Source: Truepera sp.
GTDB lineage: Bacteria; Deinococcota; Deinococci; Deinococcales; Trueperaceae
Reading direction: 5' to 3'
NCBI GenBank assembly: GCA_965218435.1
Contig: CBDCKW010000009.1
Span: 352,001 to 416,000, forward strand
Length of the DNA: 64,000 bases
This document shows, piece by piece, positions 56,454-64,000 of this stretch. A program made the position numbers and the translations under genes. How positions within the stretch are numbered: the stretch's first letter is position 1; each line of letters begins with the position of its first letter. Under the pieces are notes generated by a model. That model was not told where the DNA came from. It worked only from the letters and a program-made list of their open reading frames with translations, and ran no database searches.

Positions 56454-57545
56454 TTACGGTTGCCGGTACGCTTGGCCGATAACTGCTCCGGGCGCACCTA
56501 GAGGTTGTACCGGAGCGTCGCCCTGCGCAACTGAAACGCCGCCCGCGTTGCCGCTAAAGACGTAGACAGGCGTGGTAAAGCTGTAGGTCTCGCCGGGTTG
56601 CGCCGTTTCGTAAACGAGGCGCTCGCCAGCTCTGGCGCTGCCCCGGTAGACCTCGAGCCAAGCCTCTGCGGTGACACTGACAACGACCTGTTGCGCCGCG
56701 GGCGTCGGGGTCGTCCCAGTGCGTACAAGTGCGGCAGGTGTAGAAGACGTAACAACGGCTTTCTCTGCGCCTTGAGGGGACAACGTGACGTTTAAGTGGT
56801 GGCCCCGGCTCAAATCGAGGGTGCGTTCAAACGTCCCGTAACCGCTGCGTTCAACTTTGATGGTGCGGTTTCCGGCGCGTACCGGCGCGTCAACGATGGG
56901 GCTCTGCCCAAAGTGGTAGCCGTCGATACTGACCTCCGCACCCGGCGGCGTCGTCTGCAGTGAAAGCAAGATCATGGCGGGTGCCGGAGTGGTCGTGCGG
57001 TGCGGGGCCGCCCTTGCCCCTACACCGGTCGCTGTGTTGGGGTCTACATCTGCCTGCGCTGGCGCAAATCCCCCTGGCACGAGCGCACCGTCAAACGCCC
57101 GTAGTGCAAGCCAGCTGGCGGCGGCGACGAGTAATAGTGACGCGCAGAGTCGGACGAATCGGCCAAACTGTGGAGGTACCGTAAGTGCGCCCTCTGCGGC
57201 GGGCAGCTCGAGTCCCCTAAGCCTTTCTACCGGGTCCGCCGCCTCCAGGGTCCGCTCTTGCTTGTATAACACCAGCACCCGCGTCGGGTCGAGGCCGACG
57301 GCCTGGGCGTAGCGCCGGACGAAACTTTTGCCGTGAGCGTCGCCGGGTAGTTCGGCAAAGCGGCCGGCCTCGAGCGCCTCTAAGTAGCCGAGCCGGATGC
57401 CCGTTAGCTCTGTGAGGTCTTCGAGCCCCAAACGGCTGTCTTGCCGCGCCTCGCGGAGCGTCTGGCCGAGCCGACTCGGGCGTGGTGACGTGACCCGGAC
57501 GCGGCGCGCCGGGGCCCCGGTGAACTCAGAAAACGAATCGGTCAT
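56454..57545 (-). CDS. RodZ-like protein (HTH, TM, PEGA, DUF4115-like C-terminus)
   Basis: GQTLREAR, YLEALE.G.F..LP, FVRRYA..VGLD; PEGA T.PPGAEV.IDG; AWLEV, GNAGGV. Confidence 0.82.
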   Translation of the reverse strand: MTDSFSEFTGAPARRVRVTSPRPSRLGQTLREARQDSRLGLEDLTELTGIRLGYLEALEAGRFAELPGDAHGKSFVRRYAQAVGLDPTRVLVLYKQERTLEAADPVERLRGLELPAAEGALTVPPQFGRFVRLCASLLLVAAASWLALRAFDGALVPGGFAPAQADVDPNTATGVGARAAPHRTTTPAPAMILLSLQTTPPGAEVSIDGYHFGQSPIVDAPVRAGNRTIKVERSGYGTFERTLDLSRGHHLNVTLSPQGAEKAVVTSSTPAALVRTGTTPTPAAQQVVVSVTAEAWLEVYRGSARAGERLVYETAQPGETYSFTTPVYVFSGNAGGVSVAQGDAPVQPLGAPGAVIGQAYRQP

Positions 57546-57567
57546 AACGCGCTCCTAATACCTGAAC

Positions 57568-58473
57568 TTAGGCGAGTTGGGGACTCTTAGGGCGGACCAG
57601 CTCGAGCGCTACTTGTGCGCCCAAACGGGCATTTTCTTGTAATAGTCTGAGGTTGACGTCCAGCGCCTGCCCGTCTGAAAGCGCGGCGAAGCGGGTGAGT
57701 AAAAACGGCGTCAGGTCTTTGCCGCTAAAGCCCTGCGTTTTAGCCTCGCGGAGGGCGGTCTCTAACCAGCCCGCCACCTCACCTGCGTCCAGCCCCTGAG
57801 AGACAGGTTTGGCGACTAAGAGCGCACCGGGTAGCCCTAGCTCAAGGGCCGCGCGGAAGGTCTGGGCCACCTCAGCGGGTGTGTCACAGCGGGCTGGGAC
57901 GCGCCACTCGGTTTCCGACACGTGAAATCCGGCCAAGCGGTCGGTGCCGTACCCGACGACGGGTACGCCGAGGGTCTCGAGGCGCTCTAAGGTCGCCCCT
58001 TGATTTAAGATAGATTTGGCCCCGGCAGAGACTACGACCAGCGGGTTTTTAGACAGCGCCAAGAGGTCGGCGGACTCGTCAAACGCGTCGAAATGCACGC
58101 CGCCGATCCCGCCTGTGGCAAAAACTTTGATCCCGACCTGTGCGGCGAGGTGGAGCGTCGCGGCAACTGTGGTGCCGCCGTCGCATTTTTGAGCCACGAG
58201 TGCGGGCAGATTCCACAAGGACGCCTTGCTTACGTCTTCGGTATCGGCGAGGTGACGGAGTTCAGCGTCGGAGAGTCCGATGACCACGTCGCCGCCGATC
58301 AGCCCGACCGTCGCCGGAACTGCGCCCGTCTCGCGGACGGTCTTTTCCAGGGCTTCAGCGAGCGCCAAATTTTGCGGGCGCGGCAGGCCGTGGGTGATGA
58401 CCGTAGACTCGAGCGCGACGACCGCGCGGCCCTCACGTAGCGCCGTTTGAACAGTTGGATGAATACGCCTCAC
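57568..58473 (-). CDS. psuG: Pseudouridine-5'-phosphate glycosidase
   Basis: VVALESTVITHG.P.P.N, GGTTVAAT, FATGGIGGVH, SADL, GAKSIL, TPFLL. Confidence 0.95.
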   Translation of the reverse strand: MRRIHPTVQTALREGRAVVALESTVITHGLPRPQNLALAEALEKTVRETGAVPATVGLIGGDVVIGLSDAELRHLADTEDVSKASLWNLPALVAQKCDGGTTVAATLHLAAQVGIKVFATGGIGGVHFDAFDESADLLALSKNPLVVVSAGAKSILNQGATLERLETLGVPVVGYGTDRLAGFHVSETEWRVPARCDTPAEVAQTFRAALELGLPGALLVAKPVSQGLDAGEVAGWLETALREAKTQGFSGKDLTPFLLTRFAALSDGQALDVNLRLLQENARLGAQVALELVRPKSPQLA

Positions 58474-58764
58474 GCCCCGTATCGTACCGCAATGGTGTGC
58501 GAAATATCACGGGTCGTTATTTTGAAGGCCAGGGCTTACGCATGTACCAGTTTTCGTAAGTGACCTAAAAAGTTTAGGTTATAAAAACAGCTGTTTTTGG
58601 CCTGGCTGAGCTGACTCAAGAAAAGGCCACCTTCAAAAGTTGTGTTGAAAGCGCAGATAGCTTTTGAAAGAAATCTACATGTGTTGGCCCTGTTATTTTG
58701 AAGGTAGGGCAAAACTTACGCTTTAAGCGACCGGAATTTCTGCACTAAATTTGTACTAAATGCT

Positions 58765-58974
58765 CTGAGTACACGACAATTTTTTAGCAACCTTGTCCAG
58801 AACGTGATTGTTGTGTAAGCCCAAAAAGAAGATTTTTGTCTACATGAGCACGACCGGGTAAACTCCTTTGAACATTGTCCTAGACAGCAATCTAGGGGGA
58901 CATAAACGCTACTCTTCAGAGAGCTCAATGGCCCGTTCCAGATTCGTAAAATTGTTTTTTGTCGTGATACTAAG
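58765..58974 (-). mobile_element. 210-bp non-autonomous IS4-type MITE, copy 2, with 9-bp target-site duplication
   Basis: Ends CTGAGTACACGACAA ... TTGTCGTGATACTAAG; flanked by CTAAATGCT at 58756-58764 and 58975-58983; homologous to 2000-2209. Confidence 0.9.
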
Positions 58975-59066
58975 CTAAATGCTAAAACTATGTTTTCACG
59001 CGGTAACTATTAAAGATTGGCCTGTCAGGGTGAAGTGCATTTTAGGTCGCCTCACCCTGAGCTACG

Positions 59067-60776
59067 TTAATCGTGTGACGTGGCGACGCCGTAAGCCGCC
59101 GCAAAATCTTCGGGCAGCGGGGTGTGCTTTTCGCCCTCGAGCGTCTTTGCCAAAAGCGCCTTCAGCTCATCTAAGCCTGCACCCGTCACGGCTGACACGC
59201 TGCTCGCGTCGTAGCGTTCCCCGAGGTCACGCACTGTGTGTGCGTCGGCGAGGTCAGCTTTATTGAGCACGACGAGACGGGGAACCTCGAGCCCCAGCTC
59301 GTCTAAAATCCGGTTGACGGCGTCTACGCGGTCGGGTGCGCCGGGAGTCGCGGCGTCAACAACGTGTAAGAGCAGGTCAGCGTCGTGAAGCTCCTCTAGG
59401 GTCGCCCGGAACGCGTTTAAGAGTTCGTCCGGCAAATCGCGGATAAAGCCCACCGTGTCGGTATAAAGTGCCTTTGCACCCCAGTCACCCAGCGCGGGCA
59501 GCCAGCCCTCGCGGGTCGTCGGACGGAGCGTAGCGAAGAGTCTGTTCTGACTGAGCGCGTCGGCCTTGGCGAGCGCGTTAAAGAGCGTGGATTTTCCGGC
59601 GTTCGTGTAACCGACTAACGCAATCACCGGCACGTCCGAACGAGTACGCCCTTTGCGGCTCTCGCTGCGGCGCTGACTGATTTCGCCAACGCTGCCCTCG
59701 AGCGCGGTAATCCGGTCGCGGATACGGCGGCGGTCCACCTCGAGCTTCGTTTCCCCCGGCCCCCGTGAGCCGATGCCCCCACCCAGACGGCTCATCGCGC
59801 GGCCCCGACCGGCAAGTCGCGTCACTTGATACTGAAGCTGCGCCAATTCGACCTGGAGCTGCGCTTCGCGGCCCCGCGCGTTTTGCGCGAAGATGTCTAA
59901 AATCAGCTGCGTCCGGTCAACGACCTTGAGCTTCGTTTCGGTCTCGATATCTCTGGCCTGTGCGGGGTTGAGTTCGCGGTCAAAAATCAGTAGGTCGGCG
60001 TCTTCGTGATACGCCTTGGAAACGAGTTCTTGCAGTTTGCCACGTCCAATCAAAGTACGCGGGTCGGGTGCGGCGCGGTGCTGTTTGCTCATCACCGCGA
60101 CCGTCGCCCCGGCACTCCGGGTAAGTTCGGCGAGTTCAGCGAGCCGCGCGTCGCTTTCAAAGGTGCCCTCACCGGTGTTGAGGCCGATCAGCACGGCCCG
60201 TTCTTGTGAACTGCGCGTCGTCTCGCGGGCCGTCACGCTTCTCGTGAGTTCTTCTTCTAACGCCCGAATCCGCTCTAAGATGTTGATCTTTTCGGCGTCT
60301 CTGGCACTCAGCGGCGCTTCTAACAGCCAATCTTCTTCTTCAGACCCCGGCGGCGCAACCTGCGCCAAATGCACCTGCCCGACTTCAGTGTGACCCCGGC
60401 TATTTTCCTGAATATCTACGGCAATCACCGCGTCGAGGCGGTTCAAAAACAGCATGGACAGGTCGCTATTCGATAACCCGCCCGGTTTGAGGTGCGTGTG
60501 GATGAGACGCAGGCCGTAGAGCCTCGAGTCGGCCTCACCCATCAGGCTCGGTAAGGGCGTCTCGGCAGCGTCACCCAGAGCAACCGTCACGACGCGGCCC
60601 CGGCGGTCAACGAGGGTCGAGACGTTTTTGCGAAGTTCCAGGGCCAATTCGCCCAAATCTCTAGCAAACTCCAAAGAGACCGGAACCTCGGGGTCTAAGC
60701 GGCGGCGATACAAGTTCGATAAGCGTTTAATTTGGGCATTTTTAAGCGAAGAGAGTTTGCCGTGAACTTTATTTAT
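59067..60776 (-). CDS. hflX: Ribosome-splitting GTPase HflX (long form), probable ATA start
   Basis: GYTNAGKST, FATL, DTVGFI, NKAD, GPGETKLE. Frame stays open upstream of the ORF-track start to ATA 60776, with GGAGG 6 nt before it. Confidence 0.93.
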   Translation of the reverse strand: MNKVHGKLSSLKNAQIKRLSNLYRRRLDPEVPVSLEFARDLGELALELRKNVSTLVDRRGRVVTVALGDAAETPLPSLMGEADSRLYGLRLIHTHLKPGGLSNSDLSMLFLNRLDAVIAVDIQENSRGHTEVGQVHLAQVAPPGSEEEDWLLEAPLSARDAEKINILERIRALEEELTRSVTARETTRSSQERAVLIGLNTGEGTFESDARLAELAELTRSAGATVAVMSKQHRAAPDPRTLIGRGKLQELVSKAYHEDADLLIFDRELNPAQARDIETETKLKVVDRTQLILDIFAQNARGREAQLQVELAQLQYQVTRLAGRGRAMSRLGGGIGSRGPGETKLEVDRRRIRDRITALEGSVGEISQRRSESRKGRTRSDVPVIALVGYTNAGKSTLFNALAKADALSQNRLFATLRPTTREGWLPALGDWGAKALYTDTVGFIRDLPDELLNAFRATLEELHDADLLLHVVDAATPGAPDRVDAVNRILDELGLEVPRLVVLNKADLADAHTVRDLGERYDASSVSAVTGAGLDELKALLAKTLEGEKHTPLPEDFAAAYGVATSHD

Positions 60777-61091
60777 TGGGACCCTCCAAAGGGACGAGCG
60801 GCGTAATACCGCCCCAAAAAGGCTTTTTATACGTGAATTGTGACAGGGATGTATTTAGCAGCACACATGCGCATACTGCACGAAAGGCGGCAGCGTTCAG
60901 TGCTGCACCTTTGCGGCGTGTTCCGTTTGGAACGTGTTAAACGTACGTCAACCTCAACATAACGATGGTTTAGTGTAACGCATTTTTGCCCTTTTGGGTA
61001 GCGCCGAAACGACAGCTGTGCGCAGTTTAATAAGTCGGCAAAGCGGGGACTGCTCACGATTAAGCTGCACCCGCTGAGCCGTAAATATGCC

Positions 61092-62660
61092 ATGCTTAAA
61101 CGCATGAACGCCCATGAACAACGCCTCGCCGAAGGCTTTTTATTTACCGACTTATACCAACTTACGATGGCGCAGCTTTACTTTCGTACCGGGATGGGGG
61201 AGACCTGCGCCCAGTTCGACCATTTTTTTCGTGAGTACCCCAACTACGGCGACCATCAGGCCGGGTACTGCGTCAACGCGGGGCTCGGATGGCTGCTCGA
61301 CTGGATGGAGGGCGCACGGGTCAACGATGAGGACTTAAAAGTCTTAAAAAGTCTGACGGGGCGTACCGGGGCGCGGCTTTTTGGCGACGACTTTTTAGAT
61401 TGGCTCAAAGTTTACGGCACCTTCGAATCTTTGACGCTCCGGGCTGTTCCTGAAGGGCGCGTGGTGCATCCGGGTGTGCCCCTCACAGTCGTTGAAGGCC
61501 CGCTGATTATGGCGCAGATTTTAGAAACGGCGCTCTTGGCGCAGCTCAACTATCAGACGCTGATCGCCACCAAAGCGGCCAGAGTCAAAGAGAGTGCGCG
61601 GGGCGGGATGGTCTTGGAGTTCGGCGTGCGCCGCGCTCACGACCGGGGAGCCAACGCCGGAACCCGGGCCGCTTTAATCGGTGGCGCAGACTTTACCTCG
61701 AATACCGGTATCTCGTACGTGTTGGGGTTTCCGCCCAAAGGTACGCACGCGCACTCGATGGTGCAGGCGTTTATCGCATTAGGCTTGGGAGAACTCGAGG
61801 CGTTCCGCGCCTACGCTGAGACCTATCCAGACGAGTGCTTGCTGCTCGTAGACACCGTAGACACGCTCCACAGCGGCGTGCCGCACGCGATTACGGTGTT
61901 TGAAGAGCTGCGGCGCAAAGGGCACGCGCCGGTCGGCATCCGCCTCGATTCAGGCGATTTAGCCTACTTGAGCATCCAAGCGGCGAAGATGCTTAACGAC
62001 GCGGGCTTTCCCGACACTTCGATTACGCTGAGCAGTAACTTAGACGAACTCGTGATCTGGCAAATCCTAACGCAGATTACCCAGGAAGCGCCCGCGTATG
62101 GTTTGGACCCCGACGCCCTGATTCACCGCCTGACCTTTGGTGTCGGTACCCGCCTCATCACCTCTGCTGGAGAAACGGCTCTGGGCGGCGTCTACAAACT
62201 CGTTTCTATCGCTAAAGACGGCGCGTGGCAACCGGCGATCAAACTTTCGGACTCACGTGACAAAGTGCCCAACCCCGGCGATAAACGGGCGTGGCGCGTG
62301 TACGACGCCCGGAACCACGCGACCGCCGACTTGCTGACGCTCCCGGACGAAGCGCCGAAAGCAGGCGAACCCTTGCGTCTGCATCATCCGTCTGACCCGG
62401 CCAGAACGCGTACCTTAAAAGCTCGAGACGTCACGCGGGTTGAACCCTTGCTCGCGACCATCTTAGACGAAGGCCGTTTGGTCTATGACCTCCCCGACAT
62501 CACCGAGATGCGTGAAAGGCGCGTTCACGACATTGACGCGCTAAATACCGGGGTGCGCCGTCTGGTCAATCCGCACATCTATCACGTCTCGCTTTCAGAC
62601 AAGCTCTGGCAGCTTAAGCAAGACCTGATTACGTCGGTACGTGAGGATAACCATGAGTAG
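61092..62660 (+). CDS. pncB: Nicotinate phosphoribosyltransferase
   Basis: [45 protein letters not shown]; start may be 61104. Confidence 0.94.
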   Translation: MLKRMNAHEQRLAEGFLFTDLYQLTMAQLYFRTGMGETCAQFDHFFREYPNYGDHQAGYCVNAGLGWLLDWMEGARVNDEDLKVLKSLTGRTGARLFGDDFLDWLKVYGTFESLTLRAVPEGRVVHPGVPLTVVEGPLIMAQILETALLAQLNYQTLIATKAARVKESARGGMVLEFGVRRAHDRGANAGTRAALIGGADFTSNTGISYVLGFPPKGTHAHSMVQAFIALGLGELEAFRAYAETYPDECLLLVDTVDTLHSGVPHAITVFEELRRKGHAPVGIRLDSGDLAYLSIQAAKMLNDAGFPDTSITLSSNLDELVIWQILTQITQEAPAYGLDPDALIHRLTFGVGTRLITSAGETALGGVYKLVSIAKDGAWQPAIKLSDSRDKVPNPGDKRAWRVYDARNHATADLLTLPDEAPKAGEPLRLHHPSDPARTRTLKARDVTRVEPLLATILDEGRLVYDLPDITEMRERRVHDIDALNTGVRRLVNPHIYHVSLSDKLWQLKQDLITSVREDNHE

Positions 62661-62717
62661 TGCTGTCACCTACCGTCTTACGCCAGCCCACTCTGTGCCC
62701 GCGTATGCTGAGAGGCC

Positions 62718-63923
62718 ATGAAAGATAACCAAAATGTACAGGGACGGCCTTCAAAGGCCGTGATTGTCGGTGCGGCAAGGACGCCGTTCGGAAGTTTTCA
62801 GGGAGCACTCTCACCGCTTAAGGCTTCGGAGTTGGGCGCGGTCGCGGTGCGTGAGGCGGTCTCACGCGCGGGCCTCACCGGAACCGACGTCGAGCAGGTC
62901 TATATGGGCAATGTGCTTCCGGCCGGGATGGGCCAAGCCCCGGCGCGGCAGGTCGTGCGTTACGCGGGCTTTCCGGACAGTGTTCCGGCGGTGACAGTCA
63001 GTAAGGTCTGCGGGAGCGGGCTCGAGGCTGTCATCCAAGCGGCTCGCACCGTCGCTTTAGGGGACGCTGACATCGTGGTCGCGGGCGGGATGGAATCTAT
63101 GAGTAACGCACCGTATTTACTCCCCGGGGCTAGGGGTGGGTTGCGCTTCGGCAACAAAGAACTCGTAGACCACATGGTTTACGACGGGCTTCAAGATGTG
63201 TATAGCGGTAGAGCGATGGGTAGTTGCGCTGAGTCGTGTGCGGCGCATTACAACTTTTCCCGCGAGACGCAAGATGCGTTTGCCGAACAGTCGTACCGCC
63301 GTGCTCAAGAAGCAACGGCGAACGGTTACTTTGCCGAAGAGATTGCGCCCGTCACCGTACCGAGTCGTAAGGGCGACGTTATCGTCACAGAAGATGAAGA
63401 ACCGGGGCGAGTCAATTTTGAGCGGTTGCCGGGACTACGGCCTGCGTTTGAGGCGGACGGGACGGTGACGGCGGCAAACGCCTCGAGCATCAACGACGGG
63501 GCGGCAGCGGTGGCGGTGTGCTCGGCAGAGACGGCAGCCACGCGTGGCTTGCCCGTTCTCGCCGAGATTGACGGCTACAGCGGTTTTGCCACCGAACCCG
63601 AGTGGTTTACGGTTGCACCGGTTGGGGCGATGCAAAAGCTCTTTGCCAAATTGGGTACGCGCCCGGAAGATTACGACCTTTTTGAAATCAACGAAGCGTT
63701 TGCCGTCGTCACGCTGGCCGCCATGACGGAGCTAAACTTAGACCCGGAAAAGGTCAATGTTCACGGCGGCGCGGTGGCTTTAGGTCACCCCATCGGCGCG
63801 TCGGGGGCACGGCTCGTGGTGACGCTGCTGCACGCCTTGCGGCAACGCGGCGGAAAACGCGGGCTGGCGTCAATCTGTATCGGGGGTGGCGAGGCATTAG
63901 CACTGGCACTTAGCGTTCCTTGA
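62718..63923 (+). CDS. Acetyl-CoA C-acetyltransferase (thiolase)
   Basis: KVCGSG, GGMESMS, NDGA, EINEAF, GHPIGASG, CIGGG; TATGCT 7 nt before ATG. Confidence 0.95.
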   Translation: MKDNQNVQGRPSKAVIVGAARTPFGSFQGALSPLKASELGAVAVREAVSRAGLTGTDVEQVYMGNVLPAGMGQAPARQVVRYAGFPDSVPAVTVSKVCGSGLEAVIQAARTVALGDADIVVAGGMESMSNAPYLLPGARGGLRFGNKELVDHMVYDGLQDVYSGRAMGSCAESCAAHYNFSRETQDAFAEQSYRRAQEATANGYFAEEIAPVTVPSRKGDVIVTEDEEPGRVNFERLPGLRPAFEADGTVTAANASSINDGAAAVAVCSAETAATRGLPVLAEIDGYSGFATEPEWFTVAPVGAMQKLFAKLGTRPEDYDLFEINEAFAVVTLAAMTELNLDPEKVNVHGGAVALGHPIGASGARLVVTLLHALRQRGGKRGLASICIGGGEALALALSVP

Positions 63924-64000
63924 GCCATACTAATTTGCTAGACAAACAGAACTTGCTTGGTAGCGGTTAGTTCATTGGCAACGCGCTCCGTCTAGCTTTT

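Noticed and set aside
58474..59066. AT-rich intergenic region as oriC or a degenerate CRISPR
   Set aside because: No TTATCCACA-type boxes, no dnaA nearby, no regular repeat-spacer period; about a third of it is the MITE.
60790..61091. NAD-related riboswitch or NrtR site upstream of pncB
   Set aside because: No recognisable consensus or convincing palindrome seen.

Overview
Bacterial chromosomal DNA of moderately high GC. By inference it is Deinococcota, probably Trueperaceae-like, based on gene content, a long-form HflX, an outer-membrane beta-barrel and pervasive leaderless -10 boxes. The backbone is housekeeping: mreB, tsaE/tsaB, gmk-rpoZ-coaBC, cspA, hpt, smc-birA, purQ, psuG, a rodZ-like gene, hflX, pncB and a thiolase. 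The best candidate for a new system is a tightly coupled five-gene minus-strand operon (40766-46072). It encodes a serine palmitoyltransferase, a bacterial ceramide-synthase-type GNAT, a CPBP membrane protein, an extended SDR reductase and a GT28 glycosyltransferase, i.e. a putative (glyco)sphingolipid pathway in a phylum I do not know to make sphingolipids. glf, a flippase-like gene, a GT2 and an MMPL/ABC exporter lie nearby. Other notable features: a stand-alone DTK-motif microbial rhodopsin lacking the helix-B His; two diverged copies of a 210-bp IS4-type MITE (one with a perfect 9-bp target duplication) plus an intact IS4 with related ends; a toxin-antitoxin/IS islet; non-canonical start codons (ATA for hflX, probable CTG for an unannotated membrane protein); and strong over-representation of CTCGAG. 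All family assignments come from motif recognition by eye; no searches were run.
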